Shown here in pieces: positions 35,432 to 48,989 of a stretch of 64,000 bases of DNA. The notes below the pieces were generated by a model that worked only from the letters and a program-made list of their open reading frames with translations, did not search any database and had not been told where the DNA came from. Both the position numbers and the translations under genes were made by a program. The stretch spans positions 744,001-808,000 of the forward strand of contig NW_027590139.1 of assembly GCF_964213995.1 (NCBI RefSeq). Reading direction: 5' to 3'. Every line of letters begins with the position of its first letter. Positions within the stretch are counted from its first letter, which is position 1. This DNA is from Mustelus asterias. Its lineage: Eukaryota.

Positions 35432-36694
35432 TCACTCGTGAACTCGTTGGTGTCTCAGCAGCTGGGATGAAACTCTGAATCCCTTCCCACACTGAGAGCA
35501 GGTGAATGGTCTCTCCCCAGTGTGAACTCGCTGGTGTATCTGCAGGCTGGATAATCGAGTAAATCCCTTCCAACATTGAGAGCAGGTGAACGGTCTCTCC
35601 CCAGTGTGAACTCGCTGGTGTCTCAACAGGCTGGATGACTGAGTGAATCCCTTCCCACACTGAAGGCAGGTGAATGGCCTCTCCCCAGTATGGACTCGCT
35701 GGTGTGTCCGCAGCTGGGATAATCGAGTGAATCCCTTCCCACATCGAGAGCAAGTGAACGGTCTCTCCCCAGTGTGAACTCGCTGGTGAGTCAGCAGGCT
35801 GGATGACTGAGTGAATCCCTTCCCACATTGAGAGCAGGTGAATGGCCTCTCCCCAGTGTGAACCCGCTGGTGCATCTGCAGCTGGGATGACTGAGTGAAT
35901 CCATCCCCACATTGAGAGCAGGTGAATGGCCTCTCCCCAGTGTGAACTCGCTGATGTATCTGCAGTTGGGATGACTGAGTGAATCCCTTCCCACAGTGAG
36001 AGCAGGTGAATGGCTTCTCCCCAGTGTGAACTCGCTGGTGTCTCCGCAGGTGGGATGAGTGACTGAAACCCTTCCCACAGTGAGAGCAGGTGAATGGTCT
36101 CTCCCCAGTGTGAACTCGCTGGTGTGTCAGCAGGTTGAATGACCGAGTGAATCCCTTCCCACACTGAGAGCAGGTGAATGGCTTCTCCCCAGTGTGAACT
36201 CGCTGGTGTCTCCGCAGGTGGGATGAGTGAGTGAAACCCTTCCCACAGTGAGAGCAGGTGAATGGCCTCTCTCCAGTGTGAACTCGCTGGTGTATCCACA
36301 GGTGGGATGACTGAGTGAATCCCTTCCCACACTGAGAGCAGGTGAATGGCCTCTCCCCAGTGTGAACTCGCTGGTGTCTCTGAAGGTGGGATGACTGAGT
36401 GAATCCCTCCCCACATTGAGAGCAGGTGAACGGCCTCTCTCCAGTGTGAACTCGCTGGTGTCTCTGCAGGCTGGATGACCGAGTGAATCCCTTCCCACAC
36501 TGAGAGCAGGTGAACGGTCTCTCCCCAGTGTGAACTCGCTGGTGTGACTGCAGGCTGAATGACTGAGTGAATCCCTCCCCACACTGAGAGCAGGTGAATG
36601 GTCTCTCCCCAGTGTGGTTGTGCCGATGAGCTTCCAGCAGAGATGGGGCTCTGTATCCCTTCCCACAGTCCCCACATTTCCATGTTTTCTCCAT
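35432..36694 (-). CDS. Z7: intact, highly homogeneous 15-finger C2H2 protein
   Basis: caccATGG at 36694; 420 aa equals 15 x 28. Confidence 0.9.
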   Translation of the reverse strand: MEKTWKCGDCGKGYRAPSLLEAHRHNHTGERPFTCSQCGEGFTQSFSLQSHQRVHTGERPFTCSQCGKGFTRSSSLQRHQRVHTGERPFTCSQCGEGFTQSSHLQRHQRVHTGERPFTCSQCGKGFTQSSHLWIHQRVHTGERPFTCSHCGKGFTHSSHLRRHQRVHTGEKPFTCSQCGKGFTRSFNLLTHQRVHTGERPFTCSHCGKGFSHSSHLRRHQRVHTGEKPFTCSHCGKGFTQSSQLQIHQRVHTGERPFTCSQCGDGFTQSSQLQMHQRVHTGERPFTCSQCGKGFTQSSSLLTHQRVHTGERPFTCSRCGKGFTRLSQLRTHQRVHTGERPFTCLQCGKGFTQSSSLLRHQRVHTGERPFTCSQCWKGFTRLSSLQIHQRVHTGERPFTCSQCGKGFRVSSQLLRHQRVHE

Positions 36695-37587
36695 GGTGCA
36701 GGTGTCCTTGCCTCTCTCTTGGGTGGACAATCAGTTGAAGCCTCGTCCACACACAGAACACGGGTACCGTCTCTCCCTGCTGTGAATGGTGTGATATTTA
36801 TTCAGGCTGTGTAACTGGTTAAAGCTCTTTAGTCAGTGCACTGGAAGACTCTCACTCGAGTGTGGCAGTGTGTTGGTGCTTTTCCAGTCACACTGATGTT
36901 TGAAATCTTTTCAAATCAACAGACCGGACAATCATTTCCCCTTCCAGATTCAAAGGCCGATGATATTCAGCTCCCATGGAATATGACTCTGTCAGATCGA
37001 GACGTGACGTTTGAGATTTTTGCCTGTGATTCCTCGTTCGAAGTCCTGTGAAATGAGTTTGCAAAAGTCATCACAGTCAGTATAGGATAGAAATTCAGAG
37101 CAGACAATTCTAGTTTCTATGGAACATTCTTTCCTACTTCATTCCAAAAAGTTGTAAATCTCCATCCATATCTGTGGATTCTATTTAAAAATGAAAGTGG
37201 ATGGGCACTTGAAGGAAATAAACTTTCAGGAGAATGGGGATAGAGAGTGGGAATGGGACTGGAATGTTATACAGAGAGTCAGCATGGACTCGAGTTTCCG
37301 AATGGATTCCTTCTGTGCTATAATGGCTTTATGACTGGAAATGTATAACATCGCTACAGCATTATATTACAATGCAAGAAATAATAATAAAAGTATTTTA
37401 TTACAGAAACATAAATAATATATCTAATCTGGGTACCATATAACAACACTAGACATATCTCTGTCCTATATAAACGTAAATGTCAGCCATCTCCTGGGGA
37501 AAGCTGCCCTTTAATTGTGAACATTAGAAAAAAGACCATCCTTTTAGACAGACAAATAAATGTGTCAAGCTGAGGGATCAAAGGATG

Positions 37588-38070
37588 TTTACCAGGCTGA
37601 TTCAGGGAATGGCAGGACTGATGTATGAGGAGAGACTGACTCGGTTAGGATGGTTTTCGTTGGAGTTCAGATGAATGAGGGGGGAATCTCAAAGAGACTT
37701 ATAAAATTCTTACAGATCTAGACAGGATAGATGCAGGGAGGATGTTTCTGATGGTGGAGGAGTCCAGAACCAAGGGTCACAGTCTGAGGATTCAGGGTAG
37801 ACCATTTAGGACAGAGGTGAGGAGACATTTCTTCACCCAAAGAGTGGTGAGCCTGTGGAATTCATGACCACAGGAAGTAATTGATGCCAAAACATTGAAT
37901 GTATTCAAAAGCGGCTAGATATAGCACTTGGGGCGAATGGGATCAAAGGTTATGGGGAGAAAGCAGGATTAGACTATTGAGTTGCTTGATCATCCATGAT
38001 CTTAATGAATGGCAGAGCAGACTCGAAGGGCCAAATGGCTTCCTCCTGCTCCTATCGTCTATGTTTCTCT
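37588..38070 (+). mobile_element. CR1 3' fragment in the Z7 intron
   Basis: FTRLI-GMAGL-YEERL; FFTQRVVSLWNS. Confidence 0.8.
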
Positions 38071-38199
38071 TAAATTTCTTTAAGAGAGAGAGAGAGACCT
38101 GGGCCAACCTTTCCTGAGTCTGCACTCTCCCTGGATTCACTTCCTTTCCCTTCAGTTGTTGCAATTCTCCAATTACCCCCAGAATGAGAAAAGAAAGTG

Positions 38200-38770
38200 T
38201 TTTACTCACAGATGTTGGCCTCTTTTAGGTTGAGACTGAAGGAAGTTTGAGTCTGTCTGAAGCTCAATCTTCATTCACACAAAGCCCGCGCTCTGATTGG
38301 CTGGAGGACCACGGTCTTTCCGGTCCTCCAAGTCTTCCCATTGGCCAGAGCTGGTGAGCCGAAGTGAATCAGAAGTGCGCATGTGCGGATTTTGGGGGAA
38401 TGCGCATGTGCGGGTGTGGGGCGGGGCCCGGGACACAGCTGGCGCTCTGACCATTGTCTGTCCGGGTCTTCCAGCCTTTCCCATTGGACAACAGCTCAGC
38501 GCGGCTGGAGGGCAAAGTCCCGCCCACCCCCACGTGGGGCTCCGCCCCTCATTGTCTGTCTGCGTGGGAGTGACCAATGGGAACTCTGGAGGATCGGCAG
38601 TACTCGGGTCCTCCAGCCAATCAGAGCTCCCCTATTGTCTGAATGCGGAAGTTGCACAATGAGCTTGTTCAGCTGCTCACTCCTGCCCAGCAAAGCTGCT
38701 GCTCTCTCTGAATGAAGATTGAGCTTCAGACAGGCTCAAACTTCCTTCTGTCTTCAACATCTGTGAGTAA
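38200..38770. promoter_or_regulatory. Bidirectional promoter between Z7 and Z8, flanked by inverted first-exon copies
   Basis: Multiple CCAAT/ATTGG, GC boxes, TGCGCATGTGC twice, CGGAAGT; 38203-38277 is an inverted copy of 38710-38770 and both end in CT|GTGAGT. Confidence 0.78.
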
Positions 38771-38844
38771 AACACTTTCTTTTCTCCCCCTTTCCATTTA
38801 TTTTCTCATTCTGGGGGAAATTGTTGACTTGCAGCAACTGATCA

Positions 38845-40365
38845 TGAGAAATAGAAGCAGGAGCGGCCACCAGGCCCTTGAAGCCTGTCCCGCCATTCAA
38901 TCCGATCATAGCTGACTGATGCTGGTTTCAACTCCTTTACTGTGCCATTTCCCCACAGCCCTCTATTCCCCGATCTATCAAATATGTATCCACCTCCACT
39001 TTAAATACTTCTAACGATCCAGCCTCCACCACCCTTTGGGGCGGGGAATTCCAGAGCTTCATCATCCTCTGTGAGAAGAAATTTCTGCACACCTCAGTTT
39101 TAAATGACTGACCCTTTATTTTGTTTGAGACTCTCCCACTCGTGACAATATGTCACCAGCTACCCTGTCAAGCCCCCTCAGGATCTTATATGTTTCAATA
39201 ACTCCTTTGTCTTGAAAACCTCAAGGAAACCAGACCTTGACAATTTACTCCCTCTTGATAGGACAACCCTCCTATCCCAGGAATTAGCCTGGTGAATTTC
39301 CCTTGGACTATGTCCAATATTACTATATCCTTGTTTAGGTAAGGGGATCAAAACTGTATGCATTATCCCCGGTGAGGCATCACCAACACACTGTACAGTT
39401 GCAACAAAACCTCCCTGTTTTTAAACTCCAACCCCTTTGCAATAAAAGCCAAAATGCCATTTTCCTCCTTAACTCGTGTGGGACCTGCCTGCTTGCTTTT
39501 TGTGATTCATGCACAAGAATACCAAGATCCCTCTGTACTTCGCTCACCGGCAGCCTCTCTCCATTTAGATAATCTCCCTGTTGATTCCTCCTACTGAAAT
39601 ACATGACCTCACACTTCCCCACTTTAAACTCCATTTGCCAGGTTTAGAAGACAGAGGGGTGACTTTATTGCATCTTCCCCAACTCTCGACTTATCTTTCC
39701 CGGCCCTATCCCTGTAGCCCTACATTTTTACCCCACTAATCTACCTAATCTACATCTATTGGGACACAAAGGGGCAATTTAGCACGGCCAATCAATCTAA
39801 CCCGCACATCTTTGGACTGTGGGAAGAACCTGGAGCACTCAAAAATCCACACAGACATGGCGAGAATGCGCATACTCCACACAGACTGTCACCCAAGGCC
39901 GGGATTGAACCTGGGTCCCTGGCACTGTGAAGCAGCAGTGCTAACCACTGTGCTGCCATGGCGCCATATCTAAATAAACTACAGATTTCTCGCGATCTAC
40001 CCTCCTTCTTATATCCTCAAACAATTCAAGCAAATTTGTCAAACATAATTTATCTTTCTTAGAACCATGTTGACGAGGTTTGATTATATTCAGCTTTCCT
40101 CAATGATTAGCTATTTGCTCTTTGATTATTGACTCCAGCATCTTGCCAATAATAGATGTTAAATTAACTGGCCTATAGTTCTCTGCCTTCTGCCTTTCTC
40201 CCTTTTTGACCAAGGTAGTCACATTGACCGATTGCCAATCTTCTGATACTCTCCCGGAATCTAGCAAGTTACAAAAAATTTAAACAAAATTCTCCACTAT
40301 CTCTTCAGCAACCTCCATTAAAAAGCTAGCGTGCAGTTCATTGGGTCCTGGTGACTTGTCCGCCC
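38845..40365 (-). mobile_element. Degraded CR1 in the Z8 intron with a nested V-SINE (about 39700-39965)
   Basis: MEFKVGKCEVMYF...QRDLGILVHES; SINE V-domain. Confidence 0.75.
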
Positions 40366-40913
40366 TTAGTCACTGAAGGGAAAGGAAGTGAGTCCAGTCT
40401 ATATAATCCATACATTTTTGGTCCAGTCATATATACATATATCTGTCTGGCAGCCTGCATGGAGATTTCCAGCTCTATGTGTCCAGGACAGGAAGCAGTG
40501 AGCATGGATCTGCCAATCAGCGCCTTCAGGAGAATTGGGAGGGTGAATATTAGATACAGCAGAGTGAGAATGGAGGGAGAGTGTGTGGGATGGAGATTCA
40601 CAGCTTTTGGGGAATGAGAGAGAAAAGAATGTTCCTTAGAAACTTGATTTGTCTGTTCGGAATTTCTATCCTGTACTGACACTGATGACTTTTGTAAATT
40701 CCTTTTACAGCATATCAGAAGGTGAGAATTTACAGACAGAAATCTCAAACCAAACGTCACATCAACGTCTGACAGAATCACTCAATTCATCGGGACCTCA
40801 ATATCACTGACCTTTGAATCTAGAAGGGGAAATGTTTCTCTGTTCTGTCAGCTTCTGAAGATTTTAAGCATGTGTGTGACTGGAAAAGCACCAAGACACA
40901 CACACACACCTGA

Positions 40914-41021
<108 letters not shown>

Positions 41022-41069
41022 TGAGATTTAACTGATTGTTTAAACTACAGAGTCACAAGGACCCAAACC

Positions 41070-41912
41070 ATGGGGAAACCGTGGAAATGTGGGGACTGTG
41101 GGAAGGGATACATGTGCCCATCTCGGCTGGAGATTCATCGACGCAGTCACACTGGGGAGAGGCCCTTCAGCTGCTGTGTGTGTGGAAAGGGATTCACTCA
41201 GTCATCTGAACTGCGGACACACCAACTCGTTCACACTGGGGAGAGGCCATTCACCTGCTGCGTGTGTGGGAAGGGATTCACTCAGTCATCCAGCCTGCAG
41301 AAACACCAGCGAGTTCACACTGGGAAGAAGCCATTCACCTGCTGCGTGTGTGGGAAGAAATTCAGTCAGTTATCCAACCAGCAGAGACACCAGCGAGTTC
41401 ACACTGGGGAGAGACCATTCACCTGCCCTGTGTGTGGGAAGGGATTCCGTCAGTTATCCACCCTGCGGACACACCAGCGAGTTCACACTGGGGAGAGGCC
41501 ATTCACCTGCACTGTGTGTGGGAAGGGATTCACTCAATTATCCACCCTGCAGTAACACCAGCGAGTTCATACCGGAGAGAGGCCGTTCACCTGCCCTCAG
41601 TGTGAGAAAGGATTCACCAACTCTTCCAGCCTGCAGACACACCAGCGAGTTCACACTGGGGAGAGACCATTCACCTGCTCTGTGTGTGAGAAGGGATTCA
41701 CTAACTCATCCAGCCTGCGGACACACCAGCGAGTTCATACCGGAGAGAGGCCATTCACCTGCCCGAACTGTGAGAAGGGATTCACTAACTCATCCAGCCT
41801 GCGGACACACCAGCGAGTTCACACTGGGGAGAGACCATTCACCTGCTCTCAGTGTGGGAAGGGATTCAGAGTTTCGTCCCAGCTGCTGAGACACCAGCAA
41901 ATTCACGAGTGA
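41070..41912 (+). pseudogene. Z8: 10-finger ZNF with a single premature TAA in finger 6 (5-finger product, or a pseudogene)
   Basis: LQ* at 41553-41555; the frame is otherwise intact to TGA at 41912. Confidence 0.85.
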
Positions 41913-42956
41913 TTCCAGAGGTTGGATTCTGCTGTTATTGTTTCTGCTCTCAATTACACCCAGGACTGCATTTTGTTCATTCTCACAGTTGGTCAATGGG
42001 GAGGGTCGGAGGGTTTCTTTCTGCTGGACTGGTCGGTCTCACGATTTTGCCTCCAGTGGCTGGTGCTCGGTAGTTAAGAGATATTTAGTCAGTATTTCTG
42101 TTTGAAAGCCCCCCAAATGCTCATCCAATTTCCTTTGTAATTGTTTATTGTCTCCACTTCCTCCACCCTCGTAGGCAGCGAGTTCCAGGTCATTACCATT
42201 CGCTGCATCAAAATATTCTTCCTCACATCGCCCCCCCTCCCCGCCCCTCCACCCCCCATCCCACATATCTGAACCAAAATCTGCACCCCCTTCGTCCTTG
42301 TCCCATCAGCTAATGGGAACAGCTTTTCTTTGTCCACCTTATCTAAACCTGTCAGAATCTTGTCCACCTCTATCAAATCTCCCCTCAACCTCCTTTGCTC
42401 CAAGGGGAACAACCCCAGCCTGACATTGACAATAAAGAACAAACTAACAGAATGTGTTAATACCTGAAATTAAATAGGAATGTTTAATTTCTGTTTTAAA
42501 GATATTGTGATTATACTTTCCTGGACAATAAAGAAATTGCAATAACTCACCTTGGGTGTGGTTGAATGGAATATATCAATCTGATATCCACCAACAGTGA
42601 GTGAAAGTCTGGAATGTGTAGCTGGAAATCCCTCCCTAACAGCACTGTGGGTGTACCGACACCTCCGGCATTGTAGCAGTTCAGGAAGGCAGTGTTGGCG
42701 CTGATTGTGGCCGAGGCAGCTACATACAGCCACATATTCTGTTATAATTGAAGGACTGCAGATTAAATGTGAGGCATTATGGGACTGGACTATCTTGACC
42801 ACATTCCTGTGACTGCTCAGTTTCTGCAATCATGAACCATTAAAGCTGCTTAGCAGGGCCCCAACAGAGGACCTGGTGAGAATATTTACTCAGAATGAGT
42901 TAGAATTAAACTTATTCCAGGACCGGCTGGTGTTCAGCGGCTGAGATTCCCGAATC

Positions 42957-43206
42957 TGTAAAAAGGGGGTCTGACCAATCAACACACGATGATAGGTAGT
43001 TGGTTCAAAGCGTTCCCAGGCATTATTTGAATTATTTTATCATTTATTTATGACCTGATAGTTGGTGAAGTGACAGTATACTCCAAGTAGCACTGGATTG
43101 AAAAGCGGACGTCTGAGAGTAGATTCTAATGGTTATAATCCTACCCAAGCATGGCCCGTGAAAAACCAGAGCTCGAGTGGGGACCGGACAGGTCTCTTAC
43201 CTGACA
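42957..43206 (-). mobile_element. Possible short solo LTR
   Basis: Minus strand TGTCAG...TATAA...AATAAA...TTTACA; absent from the mirrored arm. Confidence 0.3.
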
Positions 43207-43849
43207 TTTGGAAACTAACAGTAAGAAACTTATCAATACAATGATAAGAGAATAGAGCCAATGTTTTGAGTCTGGATTACACTTCAGAAGAGCTCTTATG
43301 GAGGGTCATCTAGACTCGAAACATTGACTCTATTCTCTCTCCACAGATGCTGTCAAACCTGCTGAGATTTTCCAGCATTTTCTGTTTTTGTTTCAGATTC
43401 CAGAATCCGCAGTATTTCACTTTTATGATAAAATGATTAGTTCTGATTGGAATCCCCACGACCCTCCCGCAAAACAGAGGGAGTGGTGGCAAAGGGAGAA
43501 AAAGGATAAGGATGATAAAGTCTGTGTTCTGATTCTCATGTAGAACTAACAAAATGAGTGAATCAGTTTATAAAGAACAGAAGTTACCCATCCCTAACAA
43601 AAACTGATCAAATTAAAATTATTCGGTTGAGGAAGAAAACAAAAAGAATAATAGGTGAAGTTTAAAATTAAGATTGTTTTGTTGTTAGAGAAGATTTTTA
43701 AAATTATGTAAAGTGATGTAATTGTGTGCCAAGTTTTTTCTGCTCACTCCCCACCCCTTTAGGTTCTGTAGAAAAGTTAACCCTTTCGGCAGACAGTTCA
43801 TTTGTTTTTAAATCGCCCAGAAACTTGTCTATTTTGCTTTATAATTGAG

Positions 43850-44435
43850 GAATAATGGGAACCAGTTAAATGTGGAAATTTTAAGCATAGCCACCAAGAC
43901 CATATTCACTTGTGGTGTGACCCCGAGTCAGGAACAGTTTCAGAGTCAGCAACCATTACTGAGAACATGGCAGAGGGTCATGCTGCTGTGGATGTTCACC
44001 AGGAAATGGTTCCAGCTTTGCCAGTTGACTCTGCTGTGGGAGTGGAAGAGGAATGTTCATTTACAGATTCTCAAACTACCTCTTCACCTCCCATTCCAGA
44101 AACACCATTACAAGATTTGCCAGTGGTATTGTACAGGTCGCAATGAAACCACAAAGCTCCTGACAGACTTCCGTATTGTTAAAGACATTACTTTGTTGTG
44201 TTTCTGTCCTAATGGGGGATTGAAATTTAAGGGGAGAAGTGTTACAGAGTGTTCTTCTCAACCTCTCTCCCTTCTGAGCACGTGTGGGCTTTGGGTGGGG
44301 TTTCAGTCTGCAAGTCCAGGCTGGTTCCAATGCTCCTGTTTCCTTTTGTTTGCCAATGATTTTTAAACTTTGTTATTTATTTATATGAAGAACATCGTGC
44401 TTTTAACAACACGTTTGACTACCTTATCTGTGACT
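43850..44435 (+). mobile_element. Gypsy-type LTR retrotransposon remnant: integrase C-terminus, polypurine tract and LTR
   Basis: HQDHI motif, RSQ*NHKAPDRL, AAGGGGAGAAG followed by TGTTAC. Confidence 0.6.
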
Positions 44436-44679
44436 GAAGTTCCCACAATTGTAAAGCAGGAGATTAGTTAAATGGACAGTCTGAATTGAGAGACAATTAA
44501 AGAATAAATGATTAATTAATACAGATGTTAGAAAGGCTGGAAATGTAAATTTGAACACAAAAGTTTATAACTTTCAGAATTATAAACATTAAGAACGGTA
44601 AAAATGTTGTGGGGGTTATACGATGTTCCCTTCTGAGGACAACAGACTAAAAAAAAACAGACAACAAGACTTGTTAGCG

Positions 44680-44980
44680 TGGCGCTGTGCCACAGGTTCG
44701 CACTGCTGCCTCACAGTGCCAGGGACCTGGGTTCGATTCCTGGCTTGGCTGACTATGCGGAGTCTGCACGTTCTCCCCGTGTCTGCGTGGGTTTCCTCCG
44801 GGTGCTCCTGTTTGTTCCCACACTCCAAAAGACGTGTGGGTTAGGTGGATTGGCCATGTTAAATTCTCAATCAGTGTATCCGATCAGACGCCAGAGTGTG
44901 GCAACTAAGGGATTTTCACAGTAACTTCATTGCAGTGTTAATGTCAGCCTACTTGTGACACTAATAAATAAACTTTAATA
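44680..44980 (+). mobile_element. V-SINE with alternative tail
   Basis: B box GGTTCGATTCC, V-domain, AATAAATAAACTTT. Confidence 0.83.
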
Positions 44981-45295
44981 CTTTGTTAACCTTGACTGGA
45001 GGGAATGAATCAGCTCCTGATCAAGATGTCTCAACATTGAATGACTGATGTTAACCAATTATTGGTCAACACTCAGGCAACCCCACTAAGAGATATCGTT
45101 TGAGAGAAAGAATTGTCTTAAAATTCAGACAATGTGTGCAACTCGCTAAAAACCAAACCAGTTTCATTATTGACAAGTCATAGACCAATTGGCTAATTCC
45201 CAACAATTGGCTGAGCTGGGCTTTCTACATTTTGAAAGTATAAAAAAGGGGATTCGAGAAACCAATTTGGCAAAAGTTTTTAAAAGTTCAAGGTT

Positions 45296-45556
45296 TTTTA
45301 AAGTTTATTTATTAGTGTCACACATTCACACTGCAATGAAGTTACTCTGAAAATCCCCCAGTCGCCACACTCTGGCGCCTGTTCGGGTAAACTGAGGGAG
45401 AATTTAGCATGCTCAATGTATAACCAGCAAGTCCTTCGGTCTGTGGGAGAAAACCCACAGAGGGGGAATGTGCAGACTCTGTACAGACAGTGACCCAAGG
45501 TGGAACTCAAACCCGGGTCTCTGGCGCTGTGAGGCAGCAGTGGGAACCACTGTGTC
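45296..45556 (-). mobile_element. V-SINE with alternative tail
   Basis: Reverse complement of the same tail plus a partial V-domain. Confidence 0.8.
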
Positions 45557-46009
45557 CTACAGAAATGTGTTGGGAGCTGTTGATTTTACAAGTTATCCGT
45601 GTTTTCAGAGCCACCACTTCATGTCCTGGTCTGAGAGGGATGGAGGGAAGTTAAAGTTAAGCTTTCTCCTTTACTGTTGATCGATACTTTGCTTTTTTAT
45701 CTTTCTGACTTGTTACATTTTTAATGGTGAATAAACTTTCTGAATTCACCATTTAAAGTGTTCTTTCTTGCCATATGGTTAAGTCACTGGAACCTGGGTG
45801 AGTTATGATTAGGGAGGTTGTTGTAAACAAGTGAACCCCATAAATCTGAGTTCAAACAATTCAAAATTCTTACATATGGAATGCAATCCTTTATTCTGAG
45901 AGAAATTGAACATTGAAGTAAAGATGTTCTGCTTCAGTTATACAGGGTGTTGCTGAAACTGCATCTTGACTAGTGGCTGCAGTTTTTGTCTCCTATTAAT
46001 CAAAGGATC

Positions 46010-46320
46010 GTAGAATCCCTACAGTACAGACAGAGGCCGTTCTGTCCATCGAGTCTGTACCAAACACCATCCCATCCAGGCCCTATTCCCATAACCACAT
46101 GCATTTACTCCAGCCAGTCCGCCTGACACTAAAGGTCAATTTATCATGGCCAATCAACCTAACCCACACATCTTTGGACTGTGGGAGGAAACCGGAGCAC
46201 CCGGAGGAAACCCACGCAGAGAATGTGCAAACTCCACACAGACAGTGACCCGGGCTGGAATTGAACCTGGGTCCCTGGTGTTATGATGCAGCAGTGCTAA
46301 CCACTGTGCTGCCGTGCTGT
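46010..46320 (-). mobile_element. HE1-type V-SINE
   Basis: Head, V-domain and CR1-like tail. Confidence 0.87.
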
Positions 46321-46701
46321 CCCATTTTATAAATACCATGGAAGCAGTTCAGAGGAGGTTTACTAGATTGATTCCCAATCCAGTAGTGTGAAATATTAAC
46401 ACTGTTTCTCTCTCCATAAATGTTGCCAGACCTAATGCATTTTTGCAGTTCTTTCTGTATTTATTTCAGATCTACCTGTAGCGGTAGGAAAAATATTTAT
46501 TATCCAGGATAAATAAATGTCCTTCATCAGCTTTTGTGGATCATTTCAGTGGAAATGTGCTCTCCCAGGCTCAAAGAAGCAAAGTCGTGAGACCGGCCAG
46601 TCCAGCAGAAAGAAACCCTCCGACCCTCCCCATTGACCAACTGTCAGAATGAACATGGTTCAGTCCTGGATGTGATTAATAGCAGCATCCAACCCCTGTC
46701 A

Positions 46702-47544
46702 TCATTTGTGAACTCGCTGGTGTCTCCGCAGACTGGATGACTGAGTGAATCCCTTCCCACACAAACAGCAGGTGAACGGTCTCTCCCCAGTGTGAACTCG
46801 CTGGTGCTCCCGCAGGCTGGATGATGTTCTAAATCTCTTTGTGCAGTGAGAGCAGCTGAACGGTCTCTCCTCAGTGTGAATGCGCTGGTGGATAAGCAGA
46901 TCCCGAGAACTTTTGAAACCATTGCCACAGTCAGAGCATTTAAAGGGTCTCTCCTGGGTGTGAGTGAGATTGTGACTCAGCAGGCTGGATGAATGAGTGA
47001 ATCCCTTCCCACACACAGAGCAGGTGAACGGTCTCTCCCTGGTGTGAATTCGCTGGTGCTCCCGCAGGTGGGATGATGTTCTAAATGTCTTTGTGCAGTG
47101 AGAGCAGCTGAACGGTCTCTCCCCAGTGTGAATCCGCTGGTGGATCATCAGTTCCCGAGAGCTTTTGAAACTACTTCCACAGTCAGAGCATTTAAAGGGT
47201 TTCTCATTGCTGTGAGTGACTTTGTGTTTCGACAGGTTGGATAACTGCATAAATCCTTTCCCACAGACCAAGCAGATGAATGGTCTCTCTCCAGTGTGAA
47301 CGCGCTGGTGTCTCTGCAGATCGGGTAAATGAGTGAATCCGTTCCCACACTCAAAGCAGATGAACGCTCTTTCTCCAGTGTGAACCAGTCGATGTCGCTG
47401 CAGATGATATAACCGAGTGAATCCCTTCCCACACACAGAACAGGTGTACAGCTTCTCTCCAGTGTGAATACGTCGATGAATTTGCAGCTCAGAGGGGGTT
47501 TTGCAACCCTTCCCACAGTCCCCACATTTCCACGGTTTCTCCAT
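46702..47544 (-). CDS. Z9: intact 10-finger C2H2 protein
   Basis: 280-aa uninterrupted ORF starting [10 protein letters not shown]. Confidence 0.9.
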   Translation of the reverse strand: MEKPWKCGDCGKGCKTPSELQIHRRIHTGEKLYTCSVCGKGFTRLYHLQRHRLVHTGERAFICFECGNGFTHLPDLQRHQRVHTGERPFICLVCGKGFMQLSNLSKHKVTHSNEKPFKCSDCGSSFKSSRELMIHQRIHTGERPFSCSHCTKTFRTSSHLREHQRIHTRERPFTCSVCGKGFTHSSSLLSHNLTHTQERPFKCSDCGNGFKSSRDLLIHQRIHTEERPFSCSHCTKRFRTSSSLREHQRVHTGERPFTCCLCGKGFTQSSSLRRHQRVHK

Positions 47545-47698
47545 GGGGCAGGTGTCCTTGTGTTGCTCCAGGTTTGACCATCAGTTGAAGTCTCACACAG
47601 AACAAGATTATAGTGCCCTGCTGTGATGGGGCAATATTTTTTCAGGCTGTGTAACTGGGAGACTCTTTCCACAGTCAATGCATGGGAAAATCTCAGTT

Positions 47699-47701
<3 letters not shown>

Positions 47702-47750
<49 letters not shown>
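47702..47750. repeat. (TG)n microsatellite inside the Z9 leader
   Basis: About 24 TG units. Confidence 0.97.
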
Positions 47751-47751
<1 letters not shown>

Positions 47752-48356
47752 AGTCCTGTTCCAGTCACACTGATGTTTAAAGACTGCGAAAGCCGACAGA
47801 ACAGAGAAACATTTCTCCTTCTGGATTCAAAGACCGAAGATATTCAGGTCCCGATGAATTGAGTGACTCTGTCAGATGTTGATGTGATGTTTGGTTTGAG
47901 ATTTCTGTCTGTAAAATCCTCAACTTCTGATATCCTGTAAAAGGAGTTTACAAAGGTTATCACTGACAGTACAGGATAGAAATTCAGAACAGACAATTCG
48001 AGTTTCCATGGAACATTATTTCCACTCTCATTCCCCAAGAACTGCAAATCTCCATCCCACACACTCTCCCTCCATTCTCACTCTGCTGTATCTAATATTC
48101 ACCCTCCCAATTCTCCTGTAGGTGCTGATTGACAGATCCATGCTCACTGCTTCCTGTCCTGGACAGAGAGAGCTGGAAATCTCCATGCAGGCTGCCAGAC
48201 AGATATATGTCTATCTGACTGGACTAACAATGTGTGGAACATATCGACTGGATTCACTTCCTTTCCCTTCAGTTGCTGCAAGTCCCCAATTTCCCCCAGA
48301 ATGAGAAAAGAAATGGAAAGGGGGAGAAAATAAAGTGTTTTACTCACAGATGTTGG

Positions 48357-48740
48357 CCTCTTTTAAGGCCAAACCAAATAAACAAACTCAAGTTAAATCA
48401 GGACAAAGTAAAAGGGGCAGCTCCCGAAAAGGAGGGGGAACAGCCCGAACAAAAATCAAAGTACAAAGGAAACTTAAAAACATCAAATCAAAGTGTGATT
48501 ATTAGGGTCGATAACGCACCCCAACACCTGCAGTGCCCAACGGGGGCGGAAGGCGTCAACCGCGCCCGTGGACACCACATGCTCCCTCTCCAGTGACACC
48601 TGGCCACGAACGTAGCCGCAGTAGAGGGGCAGACAGTCAGGGTGGACGGCCCCCTCGATCGCCCGCTGCCTGGACCGATAAATGGCACGCTTCGCCAGGC
48701 CCAGGAGCAGGTTCACGAGGAAGTCGCCATCCTGACCCAC
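48357..48740 (-). mobile_element. Tx1/L1-clade LINE 3' end inside the Z9 first exon
   Basis: DFLVNLLLGLAKRAIYRSRQR...VSLEREH...RWAL, resembling Tx1 ORF2 C-termini. Confidence 0.7.
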
Positions 48741-48744
48741 CCCT

Positions 48745-48985
48745 CTCTGCGTGGGTTTCCTCCAGGTGGTCCGGTTTCCTCCCACGGTCCAAAGATGTGC
48801 GGGTTAAGTTGATTGGTCATGCTAAAACAAATTGCCACTTAGTGTCCTGGGATGCATAAATTCGAAGGATTAGCGGGTAAAATATGTAGGGATATGGGGG
48901 TAGGGCCTGGGTGGGATTGTGGTCGGTGCTGACTCGATGGGCCGAATGGCCTCTTTCTGTGCTGTAGGGTTTCTATGATTCTATT
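48745..48985 (+). mobile_element. 3' part of an HE1-type SINE
   Basis: V-domain end and CR1-like tail. Confidence 0.85.
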
Positions 48986-48989
48986 GTCC

